The position numbers were made by a program, and so were the translations under genes. Of a DNA stretch of 64,000 bases, positions 1 through 14,166 are shown piece by piece. Below the pieces are notes generated by a model. It had not been told where the DNA came from. It saw only the letters and a program-made list of their open reading frames with translations, and ran no database searches. The DNA comes from Malacoraja senta (Eukaryota). Where the stretch lies: the NCBI GenBank assembly GCA_038087875.1, contig CM075997.1, forward strand, positions 310,001-374,000, in the 5' to 3' direction. Every line of letters begins with the position of its first letter. The stretch's first letter is position 1.

Positions 1-2718
1 TAATGTGTGGGGATCGCTGGTCGGTGCGGACTCGAAGGGTCTGTTTCCGCCCCTGTATCTCCAAACTAAACTAAGAAACTAAATAATTACAATCTGGAAT
101 TAATTGACTGTGTTTCCGCCAGCGCTTCATGTGTTTCTCATCTCCTCGGAGAAGTTCTTAATTCAATTGCACAGACCTGGTGTGAAGTTTTCATTTTTCC
201 CAATCGGGATGAGCATTGATATCAAAAAACTGTGCACTTTGTACTTGAAGGGCGGAGATGTGGTCAGGAATGGCTCGGACGGGGGAGCAGGGATGAAATG
301 AATTGGCTGAAACACTACTTATATATTTTTATAATTATTTAAAAATGCCAGTCTGACTGGAAAATGTTGCTAAGCATTGAGCCATCTCCAAGATGTGACA
401 GATTCAGTAAAACACGACACACACTGGGCATTCCACTTATAAATGGTGTCCATTGAGCCGAGGTGGGACGCACAGATGGTGCCAACTTTGGCCAATGATT
501 ACTTGGGGCAATGAGACAGATTGCTTGCAGACAAATATTCCACTGAATGTCCGCTAGTGAGTTGTTACCAAAAATAGACACAAAATGCTGGAGTAACTCA
601 GCGGGACAGGCAGCATCTCTGGAGAGAAGGAATGGGGTTACCAAGGCAGTTCAGTTCAGAATAGAAGAAAGTCATTGGAACAAGATGATACAAACCCTGT
701 CGAGGTAAGATTCATGAGTTATCATTGATTATATCTCTGACTCAATTTGTTTATAGATATCCAATACTTATTGTGGACCAAACCTCCCAGTTCTACCTAA
801 ACCAACACTAAGATACTTTCCTCAGGATTTTTCCCTGGAATGAAAGTTCTTTTGGTAGCTATTCCAAATTGGAAGGCATCCACAATGTTGCCACACACAG
901 CGCCTGGCATCTAGGTACTTTCTCCTTTTGTTTCAACGGGTTTCCAATTGTGGTAGCGGTGAGGTGCGGGAGATTGGTCAGAGAGCGGTTACCGATTTAG
1001 TCAATGGCAACTGCTTGAATCGAGTTCAGCTGGGATTTTTCAGTTAAAGAAAAAAGAAAAATAAACACAATTAGGGTCCGTACCATGACCTCCGTGGCAC
1101 TGGAAGAGATACCAGGAGTGAATGTTATGCATGGCAGATGTTGTCGAGCAAACACAAGGCAGGGAGGGACGAAGGCTGATGCCCAGTTAGTTGGCTTCTT
1201 CCCATTGACCATGCCTTCTGCAGGACGAGATTTATCATAGACCACTATTTTGTGGACTCAACAGCAAAAACAAAAACAGTTCTCAAGTGACCAAAACAAA
1301 TGGAAAAGACCAAGGTAGTGCAGTGGAAGTACATTCCATGGCAGTTGATGGGAATGTGGTGAAAAATGAAGTCAGACATTGAAAGATCAATGTAACTGGT
1401 GAAATAGACCCTGCCTTACAGGGTAAGGTGACACTAGACTTGGCTAGTACCAGGTCCAATAAGCTAAGCCACTATGAAACCTGAATCTGCCGTGCTTCAT
1501 CTTGCTGTGAAGGATTGTTATATTCGGATTGTTACAGATTGGTTATTGTGTAAGAAGACCTCTATGGTTTATGCATGGTTATTTTTATATCCTGGAATTA
1601 AATCTTTATAACTGGCACGCTACGGAGCTGGAGAAACAGAAATATTAAGATGGCTTTTTCGCTGCCTTGCAGGTTTTTTTTAAAACAGAGAATATTATGT
1701 TGTGAGTGTACATTTGATCAAATAAAATATGGGAAAAAAAATGTTGTGTCGTGAATGTGTCGGCGAATATAAATAGGAGATACATTCTGGACAGGAAGGA
1801 GTAGAAAGAATAAGGAACTGCAGTTACTGGTTTAAACCGAAGATAGACACAAAATGCTGGAGTGACTCAGCTGGACAGGCAGCATCTCTGGATAGAAGGA
1901 ATGAGTGACGTTTCGGGTCGAGACCGGGTCCTTTATTGTCACGTGTACCGAGGTACAGTGAGATTTGATTTTCTGTATGGTCGTGAGAGGTCTCCAAAGA
2001 GTCGTAGCGTCTTTCTGGTCGCCGCTGAATTTTCAACATGTTAAAAGTTTCAGCGACCTACCACGGGAGCCGGCAATCACCTGTAAAGGTTGTGTAAGTG
2101 GGACAGGCCCCTTTAATCTGAAGGTCTGAATTTAATCTGAATTTTCAACATGTTAAAAGTTTCAGGTCCCTACCCGAAACGTCACCCATTTCCATCTCTC
2201 CAGAGATGCTGCCTGTCCCGCTGAGTTACTCCAGCATTTGGTGTCTTTTCTCTGATTTAAACCAGCATCTGCAGTTCCTTCGTACACAACACTGTTGAAT
2301 CCCTTGACTCAGAATCGTCCTTTGGTATTCCTGATCGCGTGCTAATTTGCCGATGACATTTTATCGCTAACTAAAGCAAAAATAAATATTTTGTCAAAAG
2401 CCCCAAATCAGCGATATGGTTTTGCTTTGAATGGGATGAAGAGTTTGGGGGGTTATATCACATCGACACCTTTGGGAGTTGTGTCATTCTTTAGTTTTTG
2501 ACTCAACACTTATTGCAGAATGATTCAAAGAGTCCACGAAACCCAAACTTAATTGATCTATTTATGACTCTGAGAGTTTAACAAAGATACTGATACTTAC
2601 TGCAAAGATTCTAGAATCCCGTTTGAATGACTGAGCGTAAGAGTAATTTTTTTCTGCTGGTTAATGCAGTTGATAAGGTAAGCACTTATCTAGTTGGGAA
2701 AGCCAGCTTTGGTTCCTG

Positions 2719-3078
2719 AACTTCATAAATTCACAAGTCATAGGAGCAGAATTAGGCCATTCGGCCCATCAAGTCTACTCCGCCATTCAATCATGGCTGA
2801 TCTATCTCTCCCTCTCAACCCCATTCTCATGCCTTCTCCCCATAACCCCTGACACCCACACTAATCAAGAATCTGTCTATCTCTGCCTTGGAAATATCCA
2901 CTGACTTGGCCTCCACAGCCGTCCGTGGCAATGAATCCCACAGATTCACCACCCTCTGACTAAAGAAATTCCTCCTCATCTCCTTCCTAAAGGAACGTCC
3001 TTTAATTGTGAGGCTGTGCCCTCTGGTCCTAGACTCTCCCACTAGTGGAAACATCCTCTCCACATCCACTCTGTCCAG
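2719..3078 (-). mobile_element. 5'-truncated CR1-type LINE 3' end with 17-bp flanking duplication
   Basis: ORF 2827-3069 (SRTRGHSL..K...RRNFFSQRVVNLW) is a CR1 ORF2 C-terminus; GCCAGCTTTGGTTCCTG at 2702-2718 and 3079-3095. Confidence 0.85.
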
Positions 3079-3810
3079 GCCAGCTTTGGTTCCTGTTCTG
3101 ATTAAGTGGTGGAGGAGGGAGGGGGAGGAGAATGTGAAGGGGGAAAGATTAATAGAAGCCTGAGGATGTTTTCAAGAGAGAGCTAGATAGGGCTCTTAAA
3201 GATAGCGGAGTCAGGGGATATGGGGAGAAGGCAGGAACGGGGTACTGATTGGGGATGATCAGCCATGATCACATTGAATGGCGGTGCTGGCTCGAAGGGC
3301 CGAATGGCCTACTCCTGCACCGGTTGTCTATTGTCTAGAACATGGAACTGGTTATATGGATGTCTCATGTCAGTGGTACCTGGTCCGAGAAAGACTGAAA
3401 GTTGAATAAAACGCAGAGAAATACTACTGTGTAGAGAGAAGATTCTTCAGGACACCTAGTTACCATGCAAGATCAAAACAAAGAATTATAAAGATATGAA
3501 GTTAGAGAAAGGGAGACAGATGGACAGAAAGAGACAGAGATTTTTACCCGTTCCTTCCCCCCAGAGATGCTGCCTCACCCGCTGAGTTACTCCATCATTT
3601 TGTGTCAAGCAGAGATTTTTAGGTTAGGTTTTATTGTTCCAGTGAAAATCATTGTTTTGCATCTATCCAAACAAATCAGATAACACCAAATACAAATAAA
3701 TACAATCAGTTCAAACTCAATACAATAGATGATGTCACGGAGGGCAGAATGCAGTTCTCTGCAACGTAACACATCGTAGGGCATCAGTTCCTGGGACAAA
3801 GTCCAATATC

Positions 3811-3843
3811 CTCTCTCTGTCTCTCTCTGTTTCTCTCTCTCTC

Positions 3844-3908
<65 letters not shown>

Positions 3909-4210
3909 GTCTCTCTCTGTCTCTCTCTGTCTCTCTCTGTCTCTCTCTGTCTCTCTGTCTCTCTGTCTCTCTCTGTCTCTCTCTGTCTCTCTCTGTCTCT
4001 CTCTGTCTCTCTCTGTCTCTCTCTGTCTCTCTCTGTCTCTCTCTGTCTCTCTCTGTCTCTCTCTGCCTCTCTCTGTCTCTCTCTGTCTCTCTCTGTCTCT
4101 CTCTGTCTCTCTCTGTCTCTCTCTGTCTCTCTCTGTCTCTCTCTCTCTCTCTGTCTCTCTCTCTGTCTCTCTCTGTCTCTCTCTCTGTCTCTCTCTGTCT
4201 CTCTCTCCCT
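3811..4210. repeat. (CT)n / (CTCTCTCTGT)n microsatellite
   Basis: Directly visible. Confidence 0.97.
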
Positions 4211-4877
4211 CTCGCTGACAGAAGGGAACAGAGCGACTGGGAGAGAGAGGGACAGAGAGAGAGAGACAGAGAGAGGGGGGAGGTAGAGGGGGGAGAGAGA
4301 GAGAGGGAGGGACAGAGAGAGGGGGGACAGCGAGAGAGAGACAGAGACAGAGGGACAGAGAGAGGTAGGTGTAGGTTGATTGGCTGTGTATAAAGTGACC
4401 CTTTATAGTTTGTTGGGGGTGAATGAGGAAGTGACATTAACATACAACGAATTTGAACGTGTGACCAATGGTCAGCGTGGACCCGGTGGGATGAAATGTG
4501 CAGGAAGGAACTGCAGATGCTGGTTTAAACCGAAGACAGACACAAAATGCTGGAGTAACTCAGCGGGACGAGGCGGCGTCTGTGGAGAGAAGGAACGGGT
4601 GACGTTTCTGGTCGAGACCCTTCTTCAACCAGTCCTGCTGAGTTTACCCCGGCATTTTGTGTGTCAGTCTCCGGGTGGGATGAACTAAGTGCCTGTGTCT
4701 CTACGTCCTTCCCAACTCGCTCCCAACTTTCCCTTCACACACTCAAGAAGGGACTGCAGATGCTGGAAAATCGAAGGGCGACAAAAAATGCCGGAGAAAC
4801 TCAGCGGGTGCAGCAGCATCTATGGAGCGAAGGAAATAGGCAACGTTTCGGGACGAAACCCGGAAGGGTTTCGGCCC

Positions 4878-5062
4878 GAAACGTTGCCTATTTCCTATAG
4901 TGGAGATTGTTCAACTCTTTACATGGAGCGAAGGAAACGTTGCCTATTTCCTATAGTGGAGATTGTTCAACTCTTTACATGGAGCGAAGGAAACGTTGCC
5001 TATTTCCTATAGTGGAGATTGTTCAACTCTTTACATGGAGCGAAGGAAACGTTGCCTATTTC
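4878..5062 (+). repeat. 56-bp tandem repeat (about 3 copies) within a Penelope-derived element
   Basis: GAAACGTTGCC recurs at 4878, 4934, 4990 and 5046. Confidence 0.9.
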
Positions 5063-5877
5063 CTTCGCTCCATAGATGCTGCCGCACCGGCTGAGTTTCT
5101 CCAGAAGAATTAGGCCATTCGGCCCATTCCGTGTCTGCTTCACCAAAGAAACACACAAAAATGCTGGAGTGACTCAGCGGGTGCGGCAGCGTCTCTGGAG
5201 AGAAGGAAATAGGCAACGTTTCGGGCCCGAGACCCTTCTTCAGACTTTGTCTACCCTCGCTCTATAACTCCCGTGACCAACAATGTTTTTATTTCGGATA
5301 TCCAACACCCAGCCCCTCCCTGGTCTCTGGCGCTGTGAGGCATCTGCCCCACCCACTGCACCACCGCTCCGCCCTTAATAGACAATAGGTGCGGGAGTAG
5401 GCCATTCGGCCCTTTGAGCCAGCACCGCCATAATGAGCTCGCAGTTGCTGTTCCTTGCTCTGTTTCTCTATGTGCGAGTGTTAGTTTTGCCCCTGAATTT
5501 TAAAAAGAAATTTGAATACAAAACCCTAGGGACTTTTCAGGAATGTCCGAAGTACTTAAAAAAAATTTTTTTTTAATCAAAGCATTTCCTCTAAGGAGAC
5601 TGTGAGTAAATGTTTGATGTCTTTCAGTAATCGGGATCATGTGGTTTTTACCTCCCCGGGCCAACAAGAGCCGCTGAAGCCACAGAGCTGGCGGTCTATC
5701 GCAGTGAGACATGCGCTGGCACAGCTGGCCAGAGTGGACAGGGCCCTCGGGAGGCAAGAGTCCAGAGGGTTTAATTCTCATATGTCCCAGATAGAACAAT
5801 GACATCCTTACTTGCTGCAGCACCACACAATATGTGAACATAGTACACTGTATACAATATAATAACCGAGAGAGAAC

Positions 5878-6238
5878 ACATATACACGTAATCCCAGTTA
5901 CACATGTATATAGATCATATACACACACGCACACACACACACACACGCACACACACACACACACATATACACACGCACACACGCACACGCACACACACAC
6001 ACACACACACATATAGACACACGCACACACACACACACACATATAGACACACGCACATATAGACACATGCACATATAGACACACGCACACACACACGCAC
6101 ACACACATATAGACACACGCACACGCACACACACACACACACATATAGACACACGCACACACACACACACATACACACACGCACACACACATATAGACAC
6201 ACGCACACACACACACACGCACACACATATACACACAC

Positions 6239-6302
<64 letters not shown>

Positions 6303-6312
6303 GCACACACGC

Positions 6313-6347
<35 letters not shown>

Positions 6348-6431
6348 GACACACGCACACACACACACACATATAGACACACGCACACACAAACACACAC
6401 ACACATACACACACGCACACACACACACACA

Positions 6432-6480
<49 letters not shown>

Positions 6481-6556
6481 GCACACACACACACGCACAC
6501 ACAGACACACACACATATAGACACACGCACACACACACACACATATAGACACACGA

Positions 6557-6587
<31 letters not shown>

Positions 6588-6600
6588 GACATGTACACAC
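5878..6600. repeat. Compound (CA)n microsatellite
   Basis: Directly visible. Confidence 0.97.
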
Positions 6601-7315
6601 TGACTACGGGTGCTGTCTGTACGGAGTTTGCACGTCCTCCCCGTGACCTGTGTTGGTTTTCTCCGGATGCTCTGATTTCCTCCCACTCTCCAAAGATGTA
6701 CGGGTTTGTAGATTAATTGGCTTGGTAAAAATTGTAAATGGTCCCTAGTGTGTGTAGGGTAGTGCCAGTGTGCGGGGGTTGCTGGTCGGCATGGACTCGG
6801 TGGGCCGAAGGGCCTGCTTCTGCGTTGTGTGTGTCTATGTTGTATCATTGATAGCATTGATGGCCACGAGAGAGGCTCCTTCTCCCTTCCTCTCCAGCGT
6901 GGAGTTTCTTTTCCAGTGTCTTGGGACTTTTAGAAAATTCAGAACCATTTCTTGAGGCATTGTGTTATTTCCCTGAGCCCACCAATGTCAGCTTGCTGTT
7001 GACTGAGCTGGGGACTTATGGTTACGAAAGAACTGCAGATGCTGGAGAAATCGAAGGTAGACAAAAATGCTGGAGAAACTCAACGGGTGAGGCAGCATCT
7101 ATGGAGCGAAGGAATAGGTGACGTTTCGGGTCGAGACCCTTCTTCAGTCCGATTCCACTCCCGACCAATTAACCTACAAACCCGTACGTCTTTGGGATGC
7201 GGGAGGGAACCGGAGCACCCGGAGAAAACCCACACGGTCCTAGGTCAGGATTGAACCCGGGTCTCTGGTGTGATGAGGCAGCAGCTCCACCCGCTGCCAC
7301 CTTGTCGCCCGCGAA

Positions 7316-7634
7316 TGTTGATCAGGGGCCACAGTCTTAGAATAAAGGGGAGGCCATTTAAGACTGAGGTGAGAAAAAACGTTTTTACCCAGAGAGTTGT
7401 GAATTTGTGGAATTTCCTGCCACAGAGGGCAGTGGAGGCCAAGTCACTGGATGGATTTAAGAGAGAGTTAGATAGAGCTCTAGGGGCTAGTGGAGTCAAG
7501 GGATATGGGGAGAAGGCAGGCACGGGTTATTGATAGGGGACGATCAGCCATGATCACAATGAATGGCGGTGCTGGCTCGAAGGGCCGAATGGCCTCCTCC
7601 TGCACCTATTTTCTATGTTTCTATGTTTCTATGT
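7316..7634 (+). mobile_element. CR1-type LINE 3' end
   Basis: RGHSLRIKG.PF.TEVRKN.FTQRVVNLWN.LP motif, conserved 3' UTR and (TTCTATGT)n tail. Confidence 0.88.
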
Positions 7635-9034
7635 AAATGATGGCTGACCAACCCTTGGCCCGTCTCAAAAGCTGATATCAAACCAGCCACTCTTGGTCAC
7701 CTGGTCTGGTTAATGTTTTAGGGAAATCCTCTTTGTGGCTTGTAAGTTCCTGCCATGTTGGGAAATGTTTGTTCCATTGCTGATTTCACCAGAAGTGGGA
7801 ACAAAGGGAAATTATCAGTGGAGCAGAAAGTCACACGTGGGAAATTAAGAAAAAATTCACGGTTGAATTTTAGGAACTGTTTAGAGGGAAGGAACTCAGG
7901 GAAAAAAAAAAACCTGTGGCAGGAAGGGCGGATCAGGCAACGTCTATGGAGGCTGAGGGGTGGTGGGCGTTTTGGGTCTGAGAGTGGACGGGGAGAGGGG
8001 ATCTTATAGAAACTTACAAAATTCTTAAGGGGTTGGACACGCTAGATGCAGGAAGATTGTTCCCGATTTTGGGGAAGTCCAGAACCAGGGGTCACAGTTT
8101 AAGGATAAGGGGGAAGTCTTTTAGGACCGAGATGATAATTTTTTTTCACACAGAGAGTGGAGAATCTGTGGAATTCTCTGCCACAGAAAGTAGCTGAGGC
8201 CAGTTCATTGGCTATATTTAAGAGGGAGTTAGATGTGGCCCTTGTGGCTAAAGGGATCAGGGGGTATGGAGAGAAGGCAAGTACAGGATACTGAGTTGGA
8301 TGATCAGCCATGATCATATTGAATGGCGGTGCAGGCTCGAAGGGCCGAATGGCCTACTCCTGCACCTATTTTCTATGTTTCTATGTTTCTATGAAGGAGG
8401 GAGAGGTGAGATGGTGGCCGGTTGGTGAGAGGTGGCCAGAGTGTGGAGTGGATGGAAAAACAGAGAACTGCAGATGCCGGTTGAGGAACAAAGTGCTGGA
8501 GTTATTCAGCGGTTCAGACAACGTTTGGGGTCGGGACCCTTCCTCAGACTCCCCCCAAACAATCACCTATCCATGTTCTCCACAGATGCTGCCTGGCCCG
8601 CTGAGTTACTCCAGCACTCTGTGAAACGTCACCTATCCATGTTCTCCACAGATGCTGCCTGACCCGCTGAGTTACTCCAGCACTCTGTGAAACGTCACCT
8701 ATCCATGTTCTCCACAGATGCTGCCTGACCCGCTGAGTTACTCCAGCGCTCTGTGTGTTATTTCTTGCAAACTAGCACCTGCAGTTCCTCGTGTCTCTAT
8801 AATTTATTCGCTGTCCTTCATGAGTTTCGGGGAAGTCTTTCTGATTTCTCCTAAACCGCTAGCTTTTGTCTCCTCTTTACTGCCGACTCCCCCCCCACCC
8901 CCCCCACCCCCGCCCCTCCCTCTGCCCAATAACCCCGTCACCCACTTTCCACAAGTCATATTTCTCCCAACGAGTAAAAGCCCGGCAAGTCAAACTAAGA
9001 TGAAACCTGTCCGCTCAGCATTGAGGGAGTTGAG

Positions 9035-9295
9035 TGACTCACCATGAGGCAGGCTGGCCTCACACCCTCTGCTCCTCTGGTGAGATTTGCATGCATGCAA
9101 ATAAGGCCGGCCAGAACCCCCTTTGAAGGAGTGAGAACAGAATTATAACGTGAGATGTCTTTCATTAGCCTTGGACGTCAGGAAAGTGGAAGGCGGTGCG
9201 ATCCAGTGAACTTCAGCGAGCAAGGATTAACGTGGATTAATCCAAGGCCTCGCCATTAGCTCACGGGCCAAGAGCGATCACAACTGGTGGTAAGT
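9035..9295 (+). promoter_or_regulatory. Candidate promoter and non-coding first exon for the TRAF gene
   Basis: Non-repeat island with AP-1 TGACTCA (9035), double-octamer palindrome ATTTGCATGCATGCAAAT (9085-9102), TATAA (9144) and donor GTAAGT (9290). Confidence 0.35.
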
Positions 9296-11879
9296 CAGTC
9301 AGTAAGTAAATTTTATTTATATAACACGTTTAAATCCACTCGCGTTGAAACCAAAGTACTTTTACATAGAAGAAATAATTAAGTTTCTGTACATCCATAG
9401 AAAAATAAAAAATAACCAAAATGACACAACACACCTGGTGTCCACCAGAACCAGTCAGGTAAGAATCAGTCTACCATCTGATTTTAAATAACCTTAAAGA
9501 ATTGATAGACATGAAATTCTCAACCTGGGAGCCAGGGGGAAAGGAAACAGGAGATATAGATGGTCACAGATATATAGAACAAATGAATGAAAGATGTGCA
9601 GAAAAGCAACAAAGATCAAGGAAAGATGGAGCCCACAATGGTCCATTGTTGGCTGTGGGCTAGCCTACATCTGTCTACATCACCGTCTGTATCTGTCGTT
9701 TCCCTTTCCCCTGACTCGCAGTCTGCAGAAGGGTCTCACGATATGACATCAATAGAAGACTCTGTACAGTCAGTACTTGTGGAGAGGGGATACAGCATGG
9801 AAACATGCCCTTCGGCCCAACTTGCCCACACCGGCCAACATGCCCCATCTACACTAGTGCCACCTTGGTCCATATCCCTCCAAACCTGTCCTATCCATGT
9901 ACCTGTCTAACTGCTTCTTAAACGTTGGGATAGTCCCAGCCTCAACTACCTCCTCTGGCAGCTTGTTCCATACACCCACCACCCTCTGTGTGGAAAAGTT
10001 ACCCCTCACGTTCCTATTAAATCTTTTCCCCTTCGCCTTGAACCTGTGTCCTCTGGTGTGGAAGGAACGAGCTGGAGTAACTCAGCGGGACAGGCAGCAT
10101 CTCTGGAGAGAAGGAATGGGTGACGTTTCGGGTCAAGACCCTTCTTCAGACTGAGAGTCGGGGGAGAGGGAGACTGGAGATATGGACGGTGATGTAGAGA
10201 GATATTGAACAAAATAATGAACGATATGCAAAAAAGTTACGATGATCAAGGAAACAGGCCGTTGTGAGCTGTGAGCTAGGTGAAAATGAATTACAGACAA
10301 TGAGACTCAACAAGATGACTATGAAGCTGGTACGACTTGGGATGGAGTGAGAGGGAATGCAAGAAATCGATATTTATATCGTCCTCTGGTCCTCGATTCA
10401 CCTCCAAGAGTCCATGTTTCAGGTCAGACATCATGCATCAGACCCATGCACAGTAACATTCAGGAAGGAACTGCAGATGCTGGTTTAAACCGAACATAGA
10501 CACAAAAAGCTGAGGAAGGGTCTCGACCCGAAACGTCACCCATTCCTTCTCTCCAGAGATGCTGCCTGTCCCGCTGAGTTACTCCAGCATTTTGTGTCTA
10601 TCTTCGCCATAGACAACAACTTCTGGCCCAGGTCAAAAAAGGCAGAAAAGTTTGAGATTTGTATATTGTATCTTGAAAATTGTATCAGTATATTCATTCA
10701 TGTGTGTATATATTTATAGAATGCCTTGTAGTCAATGCCTACTATGTTCTGTTGTGCTGAAGCAAAGCAAGAATTTCATTGTCCTATCAGGGACTCATGG
10801 CAATAAACTCTCTTGAGTTGACTTGACTTGAGATTTGCTCTTGTGATCCCAGCTCTCTCCCCTCGAGGAGAGGGGGGGGGGTGTGGGGGGGTGGGGGACA
10901 GTTAGATCTCAGACTTCGCATGAGCAGCAAAGCAAAACCAAGGCTCCGGGAATAACAGCGAATGCAAAATATAAAAATGAAAGTGAGTTGGCCATTTCTT
11001 TCACTTTTGCTGGGTGATATATCAGACAGATGGTGTCACTTCTGCCTGGATGTACAGACTGTCTGAGTAACCACCACCTTCCCTACACCCCCCACTTTCT
11101 GTCTTTTAGGCTAATTCTTTGCCCAAACCATCAAAGCAAAGCTGACTTTTTTGTTTAGTGATACAGCGTGGAAACAGGCCCTTCGGCCCACCGGGTCCGT
11201 GCCGACCAGCGACCCCCCCGCATATTAACACCATCATGCACACCCCAAGGACAATTTACACATTTACACCAAAGCCAATTAACCTACAAACCTGTACGTC
11301 TTTGGAGTGTGGGTGGAATCTGGAGCACCCGGAGAAAACCCACGCAGGTCACGGGGAGAACGTGCAAACTCCGTACAGACAGCACCCGTAGTCAGGGTCG
11401 AACCCGGGTCTGGTAGTGGTAGCGGAGGTAGATGATAGTGAGCTATAAGATGCCTATAGATAGGCACGTGAATATTGATGTGAAGCGGGAGGACAGAGAC
11501 GGTGCCAATAACACACAAGTACATGAGGTGATATAGGAGGCGATAAATGCTATGCTTGTCTTCATTGCTAGGAGCGTTGATTATAAGAGTCGGAATGTCT
11601 TGTGTCTAAAGCTGTGGGCACCAAAACACTACATCCATTTGTTTGTGCATGTCGGGTTGACTGCATTCGTCGAAACAGGGTGGACCACGAGAAGGTTGCA
11701 ATCTCCCACCCAGATGTCCCGATACGGGCTCTAGAGGACCTTGTCCAAGAAGGAACTGCAGAAGATGCTGGAGAATCGAAGGTAGACAAAACTGCTGGAG
11801 AAACTCAGCGGGTGCGGCAGCATCTGTGGATGAAGGAAATAGGCAACGTTTCGGGCCGAAACCCGGAAGGGTTTCGGGC

Positions 11880-12235
11880 CGAAACATTGCCTATTTCCTT
11901 AGCTCCCGCTGAATTTCCGCCAAAACGTTGCCTATTTCCTTCGCTCCCGCTGAGTTTCCGCCGAAACGCTGCCTATTTCCTTCGCTCCCGCTGAGTTTCC
12001 GCCGAAACGTCGCCTATTTCCTTCACTCCCGCTGAGTTTCCGCCGAAACGCTGCCTATTTCCTTCGCTCCCGCTGAGTTTCCGCCGAAAACGCTGCCTAT
12101 TTCCTTCGCTCCCGCTGAGTTTCCGCCGAAAACGTTGCCTATTTCCTTCGCTCCCGCTGAGTTTCCGCCGAAACGCCGCCTATTTCCTTCGCTCCCGCTG
12201 AGTTTCCACCGAAACGTCGCCTATTTCCTTCGCTC
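11880..12235 (+). repeat. About 41-bp tandem repeat (about 8 copies) in a Penelope-derived inverted element
   Basis: Unit CGCTCCCGCTGAGTTTCCGCCGAAACGYYGCCTATTTCCTT. Confidence 0.92.
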
Positions 12236-12509
12236 CATAGATGCTGCCGCACCCGCTGAGTTTCTCCAACAGTTTTGTCTACCTTCTATAGGACCTTAGT
12301 TCGGCCACGGTTGGACTATTGCGGGCAGTTCTGGTCATCCCATTAGTGGAAGCATGGAGAGGGTGCAGAGGAGGTTTACCAGAATACTGCTGGGATTAGA
12401 GGGCTTCAGCTGCAGGCAGAGGTTGGATAGACTTGCGTTTGTTTTTTTCTGGAACGTTGGAGGTTGAAGAGGAGTTTATAAAATTATGAGAGGCGTCGAT
12501 AAGTTAGAC

Positions 12510-12787
12510 CAGGGGTGGGGAACCTGCGGCCTTCTAGGCCATTAAGTGCAGCCTTTTGAATAAATCCAAACTTTGTAGAACAAATCCTTTTATTTTTATT
12601 AATATGTTTTTGTTCGTCTTTTATTATTTTAATTTTAATCTTAAAATGAACGTATTTAAAATACCAAAGAGTAAAAGAAGATTCAACTAAATAATCCTTT
12701 ATTTAATTTAAGTTTCTTGGATGCGGCCTTGTTAGAGTACAGCTAACTTAATGCGGCCTTCCAACATGAAAAGGTTCCCCTCCCTTG
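12510..12787. mobile_element. hAT/Charlie-like MITE inserted into a CR1 fragment
   Basis: TIRs CAGGGGTGGGGAACCT / AGGTTCCCCTCCCTTG; 8-bp flanks AGTTAGAC / AGTTAGAG; AT-rich interior. Confidence 0.8.
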
Positions 12788-13814
12788 AGTTAGAGAGAAC
12801 TTTGTTTTCCCAGGGTCCAACACTAGAGGGCACAGCTATAAGGTGAGAGGGGGAAGTTTAAAGGAGATGTGTGGGGCAGGTTTTGTACACAGAGGGTGGT
12901 GGGTGCCTGGAACGCGCTGCCAGGGGTGGTGGTGGAGGCAGAACCGATAGTGGTGTTTAAGGGGCTTTTGGACAGACGCATGGAAGTGCAGGGAAAGGAG
13001 GAATTATGGATCATGTACATGCAGATGAGATCATATTCAGCAGATTGTGGGCTGAAGGGCCTGTTCCTGTACTGTACTATTTAGTTGAGTTGAGTTTAGT
13101 TAAGATATACAGCGCAGAAACAGCCCCTTCGACCCACTGAGTCCACACTGAGCAGCGACCCCCCTGCACACTAACACTATCCCACACACACACTAGGGAC
13201 AATTTACACATTTACACCAAGCCAATTAACCTACAAACCTGCACGTCTTTGGAGTGTGGGAGGAAACCGAAGATCTCAGAGAAAACCCACGCAGGTCACG
13301 GGGAGAACGTGCAGACTCCGTACAGACAGCACCCGTAGTCGGGATCGAACCCGGGTCTCCGGCGCTGTGAGGCAGCAGCTCTACTCTATGCCCCTTCTAG
13401 ATCTCTCATTTCCCTCTCCTCTAACTCCCAGTCTGAAGAAGGGTCTCGTCCCGAAACGTCACCTATTCCTATTCTCCAGAGATGCTGCCTGACCCGCTGA
13501 GTTACTCCAGCGTTGCGTGTCTGTCTTCTGTACAGTTCCATGCTCGAAGGATGTTCTAACTTGGCTGCTGTCGTTCTGGCAATCCAACAGCAATGATAAA
13601 CTAGCCCGTGACACCTTGAGAAGTTTGCGTAAAGCTTCTGCGATCAGTGGCCTTTTTCCTTCCCAGTTTTAGCTGCGAGACTTGAAGAATAGAATTGCAG
13701 GGACTGAGTTTCTTGGTAACACGGCCTGTATCCATGAGAGAATCTCTCTTCCCTTTCTATCTACACAAATTAGATGTCCTCTGCAGTGAAAGGGTTACAG
13801 TGCAAAGACAGAAT

Positions 13815-14123
13815 GGGGATTTCCAAAGGAAATCGATTTTTTTTTCTCTGCACGCCTTGTTGGAAAGGGCCAATTATGAAAGGGTACTTTCCACAGCAAC
13901 GAACAGAAAGGCAAGCACTCGCTGAACCTCAGTGGTGATACTGAGAGGCTGCGAGCAGTGTTTAACTCAACTATGCTCCTCCACTGAGCCCTGTCAATGG
14001 TGTTTGGGGCATTGATGGTGAACCCCAGGATGGTACCGGCATTGGGCAAGGTCGCAGGAGGTCTTTAGCCTGACTTGTGGTCACTTCTATGGTAATGGTT
14101 CGACAAATATCCTGGAGGTGAGT
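13815..14123 (+). promoter_or_regulatory. Candidate NF-kB element and possible 5' UTR exon
   Basis: GGGGATTTCC (13815-13824), GGGTACTTTCC (13882-13892) and strong donor GAG|GTGAGT at 14117/14118 in unique sequence. Confidence 0.3.
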
Positions 14124-14166
14124 GTGTCCTTACTGGGGTGAAACCATTAGTTTATTCCTTTCAGAG

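Noticed and set aside
645..1800. Unique-looking sequence with some splice-like signals (possible exon of an upstream gene such as RCOR)
   Set aside because: No open frame with recognisable homology; cannot be supported.
3784..6857. Long RE-, CV- and HT-rich ORFs (also 26522-27272 and 61428-61830)
   Set aside because: Translations of microsatellites.
7720..7850. Cluster of GGGAAAT motifs as an NF-kB enhancer
   Set aside because: None is a full GGGRNNYYCC match; could be chance.
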